Positions 38,575 through 48,477 of a stretch of 64,000 nucleotides of DNA are shown here, in pieces. Position numbers and translations under genes: made by a program. Origin of the DNA: an uncultured delta proteobacterium (GTDB lineage Bacteria > Desulfobacterota > Binatia > UBA9968); assembly GCA_963755715.1 (NCBI GenBank), contig CAVWLW010000033.1, positions 256,001 through 320,000 on the forward strand, read 5' to 3'. Within the stretch, counting starts at the first letter, position 1. The number at the start of each line of letters is the position of its first letter. The notes under the pieces are model-generated. The model saw only the letters and a list, made by a program, of their open reading frames with translations. It was not told the origin of the DNA and made no database searches.

Positions 38575-38934
38575 ATTTTTTTGAAAGACATGCGCGAAGA
38601 GTTCAATTCCTTAAATGCAAGCAATCATTTTGCTGGATGCAACGAGCGGATTTCAACAAAGCGTCTGGAGAGCGAGCGTTGCCAAATTGCGCGCCGAATC
38701 AGATCCCGCTCGTGAACGAATAAACGCAAAAAACCTCATCCGCTGTAGCTGTGCTTTATGCCCATTTTTTTGAAAGCATGCGCGGAGAGTTCAATTCCTT
38801 GAATGCAAGCAATCATTTTGTTGGATGCAACGAGCGGATTTCAACAAAGTGTTTGGAGAGCGAGCGTTGACAAATTGCGCGCCGAATCAGGTCCCGCTCC
38901 TGAACGAATAAACGAAAAAAAATCATCGCTGTAG
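38575..38934. repeat. Diverged tandem duplication (38575..38748 and 38764..38934) of the hydrolase upstream region
   Basis: Shared GAGTTCAATTCCTT.AATGCAAGCAATCATTTTG.TGGATGCAACGAGCGGATTTCAACAAAG..GGAGAGCGAGCGTTG.CAAATTGCGCGCCGAATCAG. Confidence 0.95.
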
Positions 38935-38967
38935 ATAGCCTTTAGATATGGGAACAGAAGGACATAT

Positions 38968-39120
38968 GTCAAGAAGGTTTTCACGCTGTGTAGTAGCAAG
39001 GTGAATCTGACAGGGGTTGATAGCAGCGTGATTATGTCAGGGTGGGGAAATGACAACCGGACGATGAAGGCTGAGAAGCGCATAGAGATTATTCAAAGAG
39101 TGTTGCGAGGAGAGCTGACT
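38968..39120 (+). mobile_element. Probable IS left-end and transposase N-terminal remnant (ISNCY/IS481-like)
   Basis: Degenerate MTT.TMKAEKRIEIIQRVLRGELT resembles transposase N-terminal HTH starts; truncated. Confidence 0.45.
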
Positions 39121-39185
39121 GACGGTCATCGAGGCGGCGATGATGGTGGGTTCACGACAGCACGCAACTGCGATCTACCGATTCA

Positions 39186-39981
39186 CTATCGGCTCGCATC
39201 TTTCCCTCCCTCGATCCGTCGCCGATTTTCGGTCCCGGAGTCGGCTGCCGCCACCAAACTACCGGCAAGCAGGTGGGCGATACAGCTATAGCTCACGTCG
39301 TTCATGTGCAGGCCGTCGCTCGAAATGATGTCCTCTATCTTGTATTGGCCGCTCGATATCAGTGCCGCATCACCGCAAAGCGCGGGAATACGGCCACGTT
39401 CATGTCGTCGGCCACCGCAGCGATGGAATCCACGACCGTCAGGTGCATGGGTCGCGCGAGCAGGCGTGGCGCGAACTGCGGATCCATCAACACCATGTCC
39501 GCTTCTACCGCCTTGAGACGATTGATCCCCGTGCGAAGCGTTTCGGTATATCCCTCGATGTTCTCGCTTTTCAGCAGCTGGTTGCTGCCTGTCTGCCAGA
39601 TGACGAGCTGCGGATGGTAAGGCAGCACGTCGCGGTCAAAGCGCGCCAGCATCTGGGAGGACAAGTCGCCGCCGACGCCCTTGTTGATCACGGTAACCGC
39701 GATCTGCGGCCAACGATGCCGCAGTTCTTCGGCGAGCAGAGCGGGATAGGTGTGCGCTGGATCAGAGGCGCCCACTCCCGCTGTCGAGGAAGAACCGATC
39801 GCAACGATGACCAGGGGCTTGCGCGAGCGCACCGCGCGGGCGGTGTTGGATAAGCTTCACCCTGAAGCGTGTCAGTTCCGGAGGCGCGCTGCAACCCAAA
39901 GCCCTGTGGCGCGGCTCCAGCGGACGCCGCGAGAAGCAGGAGCGTGACGCAGGAGGATGCCGCCCATCGGGGCATACTCAT
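39186..39981 (-). CDS. SGNH/GDSL hydrolase (two frameshifts)
   Basis: AIGSSST, INKGVGG, WQTGSN and, after a 1-nt deletion at ~39360, SDGLHMND. Confidence 0.85.
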
Positions 39982-40760
39982 CGATCGCCGCCGGCGCCGT
40001 TCGCGCGTTTCGCGGCGGGGATGCCGTGCGTCACCAAGTCGGCCATCGCGCGGCCGATGCAGCCATACAGGTTCGCAGCAAGCTCGCGGCCCTTCTCACC
40101 CTCTCCGGCCCGCAGATCCAGCGCGCCGCTCTCGGCCCAATGGCGCATGATGGCATGGCGGCGGAACAGCGGCACGTCGTTGATATCCGCCAGCTCTCGC
40201 ATCGCGGCGAGATAGGGCTCGAAATGGATCACCGCGTCGCTGGCGCGCGAAAACTGCATGTTCATCAATAGCACGTCGGCCCCGGCGGCGCGAAGTTTGT
40301 CGATGCCGGTTTGCATGGTTTGCCGGAACTCGTCGACGTCGGTGCCGCGAACAGCCTCCATCGTGCCGGTCTCCCAGATCACAAGCGTCGGCTTCAACGG
40401 GAGGACCTCGTGTTCCAGGCGCTCAACAGCCCGCTTCGCCGTCTGCCGTCCTACGGCGAGGTTGATCACCTTGACGCGCTTAGACGGAAATCTCTCGGCG
40501 AGCGCCGAGGCGAGACGCGCGGGCCACGCGAATTCGAGTCCGCCCGCCGCGACTCCCATGGTCGAAGCTCCGCCGAGCGCGACGATGACGACCTCCCGGC
40601 GGCCGGCGAGCGCCTTGGCTGTCTTGGTCAGAGGCGGCTCGAATTCGTAGAAGCGCTCGGGCACAGGGCACTCCCGCTCCTCGGCGAAGGCGCCTACGAC
40701 TGTGATCAAAAGCCCAACGGCCATAGTCGCGATCGAATAGCGGAAAAAGACAGAGATCAT
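39978..40760 (-). CDS. SGNH-like protein, possibly non-catalytic
   Basis: Paralogous layout (VALGGAST, VINLAVG, IWETGT) but no DxxH; ATGA overlaps with both neighbours. Confidence 0.8.
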   Translation of the reverse strand: MISVFFRYSIATMAVGLLITVVGAFAEERECPVPERFYEFEPPLTKTAKALAGRREVVIVALGGASTMGVAAGGLEFAWPARLASALAERFPSKRVKVINLAVGRQTAKRAVERLEHEVLPLKPTLVIWETGTMEAVRGTDVDEFRQTMQTGIDKLRAAGADVLLMNMQFSRASDAVIHFEPYLAAMRELADINDVPLFRRHAIMRHWAESGALDLRAGEGEKGRELAANLYGCIGRAMADLVTHGIPAAKRANGAGGDR

Positions 40761-41941
40761 CCTCGCACTCCTTTGCTTGCCGTCGGCGCCCCAACGGCGC
40801 CACCACCGGGTGTGCCCTGCGCGGCGACGAACCACTCCAACAGCGCGGCGACGGCGATCATGATGACGACGCCGGCCACCGATACGGCCAACTGCATGGC
40901 GACTCCGCCGAAAAATTCATTGAGCACCAGGTGCCCCAGGACTGAGAGCAGGATGCCGAGGCAGAAGATATAGAGGGAGTTGCGCCCGCAGATGAGAAAG
41001 GGCCATGCGGCGGGGCTAGCTAAAAACCGCGCCTGGAGCGGGATCAGGCTTGCGACGAGCAGCGCGACCGCGAGTACGTTCACCAAACGAAGAATTCCCA
41101 GGTCCGTTTTACTCAAGAACGGCCACAACAGCTTGGCGCTGACCAAGACCGGAATCGGATCATAGAAGCCGTGCAGTGTCCAGTTGAACCGGATCAGGAA
41201 CCCCGCCAGTGAGAGCGCCGCTGCCAACCAGAACAGCCAGCGACGGCCAAGCCAGGAAACTCCACCGTGGATGTTGCGCCAGCCAAACCATGCGCCGAGC
41301 AGGAAGAGCGCCTGCCAGGCGAACGGATTCAAAAACCACACCCGGTCCGGGCCCGGATAGGCCGCCAGCGCGATCCGATTGTCGAACTGGACCGCCAGCC
41401 AGAGCGCGAACGAGGCCAAAGATACCACTCCCGGCCAGGACCGGAACCCGACCAGCACGAGAGGCAGAACCGCCAGCAGCACGATGTAGAGCGGCAGGAT
41501 GTCCATGAAAGCGGGCTGGAACTGCAGCATCAATGCCTGGACCAGCGCCAGGCCGGGCTCGCTGAGAAAATTGGTGGCGCCAAACTCCTCGGCGTAGAGC
41601 GATTTGTTGAGGGCACCCTGGGTGTAGGCCACCATCGCCAGGAATATCATGAACAGAAATATGTGGGCGACGTAGAGCTGCCACAATCGGTGGTACACGC
41701 GGATCCCAGCAACAAGGAAACCCTGACGCTCCATGGCGCGACCGTACACCATGCCGGCGGTATAGCCGGAGATCAGGATGAAGACCTCGGCAGCATCGGC
41801 GAACATCACCGATTGAAACGTAAACTCCGCCAGGATGTTGTTCGGGAGGTGATCGAGGAAGATGCAGAAGAGGGCAAGACCGCGGAAGAAATCAAGCCGG
41901 AGATCGCGCTCCACAGCCGAAGGATAACTTGCGACGGCCAT
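40757..41941 (-). CDS. opgC: OpgC-family glucan acyltransferase
   Basis: RDLRLDFFRGLAL..IFLDH, DAAEVF.LISGY, LWQLYVAH, DILPLY, NPFAWQ.LF, GRNSL.IFC. Confidence 0.9.
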   Translation of the reverse strand: MAVASYPSAVERDLRLDFFRGLALFCIFLDHLPNNILAEFTFQSVMFADAAEVFILISGYTAGMVYGRAMERQGFLVAGIRVYHRLWQLYVAHIFLFMIFLAMVAYTQGALNKSLYAEEFGATNFLSEPGLALVQALMLQFQPAFMDILPLYIVLLAVLPLVLVGFRSWPGVVSLASFALWLAVQFDNRIALAAYPGPDRVWFLNPFAWQALFLLGAWFGWRNIHGGVSWLGRRWLFWLAAALSLAGFLIRFNWTLHGFYDPIPVLVSAKLLWPFLSKTDLGILRLVNVLAVALLVASLIPLQARFLASPAAWPFLICGRNSLYIFCLGILLSVLGHLVLNEFFGGVAMQLAVSVAGVVIMIAVAALLEWFVAAQGTPGGGAVGAPTASKGVRG

Positions 41942-42082
41942 CAGATAACTCCGGAAGGACCCTCCGCGGGTCTTCAAAACATCTTCGTCTGGCTTGCTAA
42001 AAGCCGGACAACCTAGGGGTGAAGGATCTACGCGACCCCTCTCTTCATACAACAACACAGCGGTCTGAAATTTAGCCTCTCG

Positions 42083-42098
42083 ACAAAATTCGTGCCGG
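42083..42098 (-). promoter_or_regulatory. Possible sigma-54 promoter for opgC (imperfect)
   Basis: Minus strand CGGCACG-AATT-TTGT. Confidence 0.3.
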
Positions 42099-42326
42099 CT
42101 ATCGGCGTCAATTCGAACTCAATCCACGACATGAGATTAAGGGTAGCGCGCCAAGTACGCTTGGGAAAGGGGGGAAAAGAAAAGACCACGGGCGTCTGGC
42201 ATAAACGGTCTTATCAAACTAGCGAATGGCTTTTGTGATCGGCATCTGAGCGGCCATGAAAGGTCGGAAGAAGTCGTAGACACTGTATTTCGGCTTTACG
42301 TGAGCGCGGAAGCCCGGCGATAGCCG

Positions 42327-43160
42327 CTACTGCATGCCTTCGGTGATGTATTGAATTACATATCCCGCCGGATCATCCATGTAGGTTCCTTGGTTTCCGC
42401 CGGGCGTTCGACCTTTGGCCTCTTCGCCGCGGTCTCCATTGGGAATGCCTAGCCGGTCGAGCTGGGCAAGCGCATCCTTCCATTGCGCGGGAGCGACGTA
42501 GAAACCCAAATGCGGCCCGGGAATCAGCCGGCTCATCGGATAGCCCTTGGGGCCGAATGGCGTTTCCGTCAAGATCAAATACTGGCCGCTCGCCATCCGC
42601 ATGGTCGCCTGCGGTTTATTGGATTGCGCATCGCGACCGCGTTCGAGAATATTGAAGCCCAGCACCTGCTCGTAGAATTTTATCGACGCGTCGAGGTTGG
42701 GCGCTTCCAATTCCAAATAGCCGACACCGGTCAGGCGTTCCGTCGTTCCGTTGTTTTCCTCGACGGTGGGCACATAGACCGCAAAATTGTTGCCCGCCGG
42801 ATCAGCGAAGAAAATCGTCGACGCGGCAAATGAATGGGTACTCTTAACCGGCCCGGCAAACTTGATTTTCCACTCCTCCAGCGCCCGAATGACATCCTGC
42901 AAGCCTTGCGCCGTGGTTGTAAACGAATAAGTCGGCGTGCCTTGCGGCGTGATCGGCGTGCCGCGCTCTTCTTTTTGTAAATAAACGCCGATGCGTTTTC
43001 CCGCGACAGTGATGAACGTATGCGGTCCCAGGCTCCGCGAGCGGACAGTGAGACCATGGCGCTTGACGACTTTGCCGCCAAAAACCTGCGAATAAAAATC
43101 TTCAGCGACAACGATGTCGTTGACCGGTACCACGAAATGATCGAAGCCTTGAACTAACAT
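42327..43160 (-). CDS. Two-domain VOC (glyoxalase/extradiol-dioxygenase-like) protein
   Basis: FDHFVVPVND..AEDFYSQVFG..FFADPAGN; second repeat LDASIKFYEQVLG..HLGF..YMDDPAGYVIQ. Confidence 0.85.
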   Translation of the reverse strand: MLVQGFDHFVVPVNDIVVAEDFYSQVFGGKVVKRHGLTVRSRSLGPHTFITVAGKRIGVYLQKEERGTPITPQGTPTYSFTTTAQGLQDVIRALEEWKIKFAGPVKSTHSFAASTIFFADPAGNNFAVYVPTVEENNGTTERLTGVGYLELEAPNLDASIKFYEQVLGFNILERGRDAQSNKPQATMRMASGQYLILTETPFGPKGYPMSRLIPGPHLGFYVAPAQWKDALAQLDRLGIPNGDRGEEAKGRTPGGNQGTYMDDPAGYVIQYITEGMQ

Positions 43161-43206
43161 TTCGCTCTCCTTTGTAAACTGGTTTTAATTGCGGTCATTT
43201 ATATCT

Positions 43207-43303
43207 CACCACGAAGCACACGAAGGCACGAAGGTTTCGGTCGTATATCTATGTGACCCAAATCCGAAATCCTTTATTTGGTGCCCCTTGGGCTCTTTGT
43301 GGT
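43207..43303. repeat. Imperfect palindromic CACGAAG-type intergenic repeat
   Basis: CACCACGAAGCACACGAAGGCACGAAGG ... GTGCCCCTTGGGCTCTTTGTGGT. Confidence 0.6.
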
Positions 43304-43337
43304 TAATTCTTCTTAAGTGCGTCTCTCGGCTGTCAAT

Positions 43338-44348
43338 TTATTTTTTTCCGATTTCCGCCAGCGCCTGATTGAGATAACTCTGATCGATGTACTTCGAAGG
43401 TTCGGGCAGGGGCTCTTTGAGAATCCCTTGCTCGGCGACGACTTTGATCAGCGTGCGTACGCCTTCCAAATTCAAATCGGCGTTGCGGTCCCAGATGCGG
43501 CTTTTCCAGTTGTAATCCGCCGCGTAGCGGCAGTGTTCGATGCTGATCGCCATTTCCTTCGATAAATAGCCGCAGGCGGCCGCGCGATTGTCCATCATCC
43601 AGCGCATCGTCGAAGCCATCGCTTTCATGAAACGCACGACCAGCGTCCGGTTTTTCTCGGCCCAAGAGCGCTTGACGAAGTAGCCGTTGAACTGAAAGTT
43701 CGGCTGGTCATCGGCGAAATAGCCGATGATGTTGAAGCCCTGTTGTTTGGCCACGAGGTCGAGAGGCACACCCACCGGAGCCGACGAAATTTGCCCCGAC
43801 GTCAACGCTTGAAAGCGCTCGGAAGCGCCGCCGATGTTGAGCAGCTTATAATCGCGCGGATATTCCAGACCGTGCGCCTTGAGCACCAGTCGCAAGGCAA
43901 AGCCGGTGCCTGAAGTGATCGTTTGCGAGCCGATCGTGGTGCCGCGCAGATCGGCGTAGGTTTTGTACGGTTTGCCGCCGATCAAACTCAAACCGAGACC
44001 GTTGATCAGGCCGCCGATCATGGTGATATCGGCGCCTCGCTCATGGGCGCTGATGAGGGTGTCGACTCCCGCGCTGGCCACATAGATGGAATCGGCGGTC
44101 AGAGCTTGAATGGTCAGCGGGGAGCCGCGCATGGTAATGATCGGCACGTCCAAGCTTTCTCGTTCAAAGAAACCCATCTTCGCCGCAACCCAGAGCGGAC
44201 CGTAGCTCAAAGTTTTCGACGACTCGCCGACGAGAAAGCGAAACTTCTCCTGGGCCGCACAAGGAAGGGCAAACATTAACGCAAAGACAAGGAGCGCAAT
44301 CGCGTGCGCGATCCTCGTTCCTCGATCATCAATCGTCATGGCCACCAT
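43338..44348 (-). CDS. ABC substrate-binding protein, NMT1/SsuA-like
   Basis: Signal peptide; PLWVAAKMGFFERESLDV; DLRGTTIG; KYIDQSYL. Confidence 0.88.
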   Translation of the reverse strand: MVAMTIDDRGTRIAHAIALLVFALMFALPCAAQEKFRFLVGESSKTLSYGPLWVAAKMGFFERESLDVPIITMRGSPLTIQALTADSIYVASAGVDTLISAHERGADITMIGGLINGLGLSLIGGKPYKTYADLRGTTIGSQTITSGTGFALRLVLKAHGLEYPRDYKLLNIGGASERFQALTSGQISSAPVGVPLDLVAKQQGFNIIGYFADDQPNFQFNGYFVKRSWAEKNRTLVVRFMKAMASTMRWMMDNRAAACGYLSKEMAISIEHCRYAADYNWKSRIWDRNADLNLEGVRTLIKVVAEQGILKEPLPEPSKYIDQSYLNQALAEIGKK

Positions 44349-44802
44349 TACTCCAATCCAGCCATTTACCGTACCGCCTTATCACCGACAATGCATTCCG
44401 CCGCTTCTACATCTGGAGTTAGTCAGGACACCGTGTGAAGCTCGCGTTATTTGCTTAACTGCTTTTGGCTGCGCATTGCAATGCGCGGCTCACGTTACCG
44501 CGGGCGCATGTGCCGGCGCTGACCTAGGTCGGCCGGTAGCAACCTTTGTAGACAGTTCTGTATCCAACAGTTCACAGCTCCTCACGCCCTGCGGCAGCTT
44601 CAACGCGGGCTTTTGCGGACAAATCATAAATTGCTCCATCCGTAAGTACTAAGATGCCACTGGCATCACCTTTGCGCCTCGCTGTCGCAGTACCCACTTT
44701 ACCCCGTGTTTGCCAGCGCGCTGGAGTTAAAAGGAAGCGATCATCGACCCCAGCGGTGCGTCGCGGGATTTTCTTAGAACCTACGTCCAGGAGGAAAAAG
44801 AA

Positions 44803-45405
44803 ATGCGACAACCTGATGCCATGGTGATGAGAGGGCAGGCGACACGATCAAACTCGACACCGGGTTGGCGTGTCGCCGCGCGACTTCGGGTGATTACGTA
44901 TATAGCGGCCGCATCGTCGCTTCTGCTGATGCTTGTTCTGGCGAGGCTCTATCCCGATCTAAACCGAACAGAGATTCCTGATTGGAGACCGCTCATCTCT
45001 CTCGCAGACGAAGCAGCAAATAGAGGCGATTGGTATGGAGCGAGACACTTATATTTGCAGGTTGACCGAGTCGCTTATTGGCGACAGGATTGGGAAGGCC
45101 TTGTTGCGGCCGCCTGCCGTATCCACCAACTGGACGGAGTCAACCGGCCCTATTCTAGAGCTCTTTCCATTTTGTTCCGGGCGTCGATGACGGCGGAACG
45201 TGCCGAAAGTCGTCGGGGGGTTGTCACCGTGGCAAAATCTCTCTCACTGCTCGGCTCGGACGAAGCTGCATCTGCAGTCCTGGTCCGGATCCAACCCAGT
45301 TGGCCAGAGGAAGCGATAAGCTTTGATAATCTCACCTTGTTGGGAGGGTGCTCTCGATCACAACATCCAGATAGGGGATCAACAGCCTCTGCTTCTTTAC
45401 AGTGA
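44803..45405 (+). CDS. Hypothetical single-TM protein with a helical, TPR-like region
   Basis: RBS AGGAGG; TM segment YIAAASSLLLMLVLA; LADEAANRGDWYGARHLY. Confidence 0.55.
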   Translation: MRQPDAMVMRGQATRSNSTPGWRVAARLRVITYIAAASSLLLMLVLARLYPDLNRTEIPDWRPLISLADEAANRGDWYGARHLYLQVDRVAYWRQDWEGLVAAACRIHQLDGVNRPYSRALSILFRASMTAERAESRRGVVTVAKSLSLLGSDEAASAVLVRIQPSWPEEAISFDNLTLLGGCSRSQHPDRGSTASASLQ

Positions 45406-45490
45406 AGGCGATCGCCAGCAACTCGGAGGAGCGATGGCGTGGGGGCGGGACCGTTAGTCCATGTGGACACGACCAGCTCGTCGAGTTCGA
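45404..45490 (-). pseudogene. 3' remnant of the LLM oxidoreductase (copy of 53002..53090)
   Basis: LELDELVVSTWT..PRHRSSELLAIAF versus LDLDELVVVTWTYDPAPRHRSYELLAQAF; shared AGGAGCGATGGCG and AGTCCATGTG. Confidence 0.85.
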
Positions 45491-45521
45491 GCAACCCCAG
45501 GCTGGCGCAGAGTGACCCTCG

Positions 45522-45597
45522 TTCGCTGAGCGCTTCCGAATTTTCATCTAACACTCGTGCGACCGATAGCGATTGACGGCTCCCCGGCTTAGCGATA
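45522..45597 (+). repeat. Promoter-region direct repeat copy 1 (partner 46886..46962)
   Basis: TTCGCTGA..CGCTTCC.AATTTTCATC.AA..CT.GTGCGA.CGAT.G.GATTGACG.CTC.CCGGCTT.GCG.TA. Confidence 0.8.
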
Positions 45598-45683
45598 GCG
45601 TGAGCGCAAACGCAAATTTAATTCGCGAGAGATTTTCGTCGCAACCGCGCCAGACCTGAAACTTATCCCGGAAGAGGAGAACA

Positions 45684-46796
45684 ATGACGCAATCCAATCC
45701 ATTACGCGTAGGCCTCATCGGAGCGGGCGGCAGATGGGGGCCGCGGGCGCATGTGCCGGCGCTGAAGGGCGTGTCCGAGGCAGAGCTCTATGCCGTGTGC
45801 ACAGCGCATGCGGATACCGCGCAGGCAGCGGCCGATAAGTTCGGCGTGGAATGCGCGTATGGCAGTGACAAAACATTGAACGCCAACCCGCAGGTCGAAG
45901 CCGTGGCGGTCGCGGTGCGCGTGCCGGCGCACTATGAGCTTAGCAAAAACGCCATTGAAGCGGGCAAGCACGTCTTCTGCGAATGGCCGCTCGGCGCGAA
46001 TACGAAAGAGGCGGAAGAACTCGCGGCGCTGGCGCGCAAGAAAAACGTGCGCACGATGGTCGGCTTGCAGCGTCGCGCGTCGCCCGCCTATCTGTACATG
46101 CGCGAGCTCATCCAGCAAGGTTACGTCGGACAGGTGCTATCGGTGAATCTGATGCTGATGAACAGCGGCGTGTTGACCCGCCCCTCGGATCGCACCTGGC
46201 AGCGCGATGTGACCTTGGGCGCGAACACACTGACGATTACGTTCGCGCACGTGCTTGACGCCATGTGCATGGTGGTCGGCGAGCTGACCGAAGTGTCCGC
46301 GATCGTCGCCACGCAGGTGCCGCAGTGGTTCGAGACCGACACGAAAAAATATGTGGACGTCACCTCGCCCGACAACATCGTGGTTCAGGGCCGGCTCGAA
46401 AACGGCGCGATCGTCAATGCCTACTGCGGCGTGCATCCGTACCACGGCAGCGGCCACCGCTTCGAGATTTACGGCAGGGACGGCACGCTGTCGATGATCG
46501 GCGGCGGCGAGGGCGGCGAGGAGCGCCGGCGCAAGATCATGGGTGGACACAAAGACGACAAGGCGCTGCAAGAGTTGCCTGTGCCGGAGCGATTCACCTG
46601 GGTGCCGGAAGCCGTGCGCAACGATGGTCCCGCATACGACGTGGGCCAGATGTGGGTCAAGTTTGCCGAAGGGATACGCAGCGGCTCGAACGCCGATCCC
46701 AACTTGCCCGACTTCGATCACGCGGTGCGCCGCCACCGAACGTTGGATGCCATCGTGCGCGCTTCAGAGACGGGGCAGCGGCAGAAAGTTGCCTAA
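45684..46796 (+). CDS. Gfo/Idh/MocA oxidoreductase
   Basis: LRVGLIGAG, RAHVPAL, AGKHVFCEWPLG, VGLQRR, FAHVLD. Confidence 0.92.
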   Translation: MTQSNPLRVGLIGAGGRWGPRAHVPALKGVSEAELYAVCTAHADTAQAAADKFGVECAYGSDKTLNANPQVEAVAVAVRVPAHYELSKNAIEAGKHVFCEWPLGANTKEAEELAALARKKNVRTMVGLQRRASPAYLYMRELIQQGYVGQVLSVNLMLMNSGVLTRPSDRTWQRDVTLGANTLTITFAHVLDAMCMVVGELTEVSAIVATQVPQWFETDTKKYVDVTSPDNIVVQGRLENGAIVNAYCGVHPYHGSGHRFEIYGRDGTLSMIGGGEGGEERRRKIMGGHKDDKALQELPVPERFTWVPEAVRNDGPAYDVGQMWVKFAEGIRSGSNADPNLPDFDHAVRRHRTLDAIVRASETGQRQKVA

Positions 46797-46801
46797 CGGC
46801 G

Positions 46802-46880
46802 GTTCAAAGGTTCAAGGTTCAAAAGTTCAAAGTCGGAATCGCTGGCCTCGGTTCTAGAAGTTCCAAGGGTTCCAGCCGTT
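46802..46880 (+). repeat. GTTCAA-periodic element
   Basis: GTTCAAAGGTTCAAGGTTCAAAAGTTCAAAGT ... GTTCTAGAAGTTCCAAGGGTTCCAGCCGTT. Confidence 0.65.
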
Positions 46881-46885
46881 CCCCC

Positions 46886-46962
46886 TTCGCTGACCCGCTT
46901 CCCAATTTTCATCAAAGGCTAGTGCGATCGATTGGGATTGACGACTCGCCGGCTTCGCGGTA
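46886..46962 (+). repeat. Promoter-region direct repeat copy 2
   Basis: Homologous to 45522..45597; contains TTGACG. Confidence 0.8.
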
Positions 46963-46991
46963 ACAGAGAAAATAGATTAGCGAAAGGAGCG

Positions 46992-48458
46992 ATGACCATG
47001 GAACATCGAGCGGCGGAAATACACGACGGACTGAAGCACCCGGTGATCGACGGCGACGGCCACTGGATGGAGCCGATACCGATCTTCCTTGAGTATTTAA
47101 GCGAAGTGGGCGGCGCGAAATCGGTCGATCAGATCAGAGCGCTGTGGCGTGGAAGGGACGTGTGGTACCGGGCCACACCAGAGGAGCGCCAGCACAGCCG
47201 CCTACGTCGCGCCATCTGGTGGGGTGTGACGAGCAATACCTACGACAAGGCCTCGGCGCTGCTGCCGGCCTTGTTGAACGAGCGCCTGCCCGAGTTGGGC
47301 ATCGACTTCGCGCTGATCTATCCGAGCTTCGGTCTCACCATCAACGGCATACCCCATCCCGATCTGCACCGGGCCGCAGTCCGCGCCTACAACATGATGA
47401 CGGCCGACATGTTCGCGCCGTATGCGAAAAGATTTGCGCCCGTAGCGATTCTCCCTTGTCAAACGCCGGACGAAGCCCTTGAGGAGCTGGAATACGCGGT
47501 CAAGCAGCGTGGTTTCAAGGCGATCATGCTGCGCGGAAACCAGGAGCGACCGATTCCAAGCGCAGCGGAAGGAATCGATCGGCAGAAGGCCGCCTGGTAT
47601 TGTGATACTATCGCCCTCGACAGCCCCTATAACTATGAGCCGCTGTGGCAGCGCTGCGTCGAGCTCGGCGTGGCGGTGACCCAACACTCAGGCAGCGGGC
47701 GCTGGCAGGATCGCTCGTCGATCAACAACTTCACTTACAACCACGTCGGCCACTTCGCTGAATCGAACCACGCTTTCGCGCGTGGTGTTTTCCTCGGCGG
47801 TCTCGTGCACCGTTACCCAAGCCTCAATTTTGGCTTCATGGAAGGCGGTGTGAGCTGGGCCTGTCAGATGTGCCTCGACTTGATCGAACACTGGGAGAAG
47901 CGCCGGCGCGCCGGGTTGCAGTATCCAAACGCAACCAGTGTCGCCGAGATGCACCAGCTCATCGACCGGTATGGCGATCAAAAACTTAAAGCCAACGCCG
48001 ACGCGATCATGAACAGCCTGGATGTATTTCGTCCGGAATGCAGTCTCGAAGAACTCGCGCGGCCCGAGCATGTCGTAGACGATTTTGAAGCGGCGGGAAT
48101 CAACTCAAAAGAGGATGTCCGGGCAGTCTTCTCCGGCAACTTCTACTTTGGCTGCGAGGCCGACGACCGCGCGACGATATGGGCCTTCGATCCCCGTATG
48201 GGCGTCCGGCTTCGGCCGATCTTCAGCTCCGACTTCACGCATTTCGACGTGCCTGATTTCAGGGAGGTGATTCCTGAAGCGTTTGAATTGGTGGAGAAGG
48301 GCTTCGTGACGGAGCAGGATTTCCGGGAGTTCACGTTCACCAACGCCGCGCGTCTGCACACGCGCAACAACCCGGACTTCTTCAAGGACACCGTCGTCGA
48401 GCAAGCGGTGGCCGATGAGCTGGGACTGAAGGCGGCGTTGTCGGCAGCGAATGCCTAA
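46992..48458 (+). CDS. Long amidohydrolase_2 family protein
   Basis: PVIDGDGH, RAYN, FMEGGVSWA, FYFGCEADD, FSSDFTHFDV; RBS AAAGGAG. Confidence 0.9.
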   Translation: MTMEHRAAEIHDGLKHPVIDGDGHWMEPIPIFLEYLSEVGGAKSVDQIRALWRGRDVWYRATPEERQHSRLRRAIWWGVTSNTYDKASALLPALLNERLPELGIDFALIYPSFGLTINGIPHPDLHRAAVRAYNMMTADMFAPYAKRFAPVAILPCQTPDEALEELEYAVKQRGFKAIMLRGNQERPIPSAAEGIDRQKAAWYCDTIALDSPYNYEPLWQRCVELGVAVTQHSGSGRWQDRSSINNFTYNHVGHFAESNHAFARGVFLGGLVHRYPSLNFGFMEGGVSWACQMCLDLIEHWEKRRRAGLQYPNATSVAEMHQLIDRYGDQKLKANADAIMNSLDVFRPECSLEELARPEHVVDDFEAAGINSKEDVRAVFSGNFYFGCEADDRATIWAFDPRMGVRLRPIFSSDFTHFDVPDFREVIPEAFELVEKGFVTEQDFREFTFTNAARLHTRNNPDFFKDTVVEQAVADELGLKAALSAANA

Positions 48459-48477
48459 GCGACTGAACGAGATCAAG

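Noticed and set aside
39359-39361. In-frame TGA in SGNH as selenocysteine or readthrough
   Set aside because: The downstream conserved sequence is in a different frame (CACTG[G]ATATCG), so this is a 1-nt deletion at a Trp codon.
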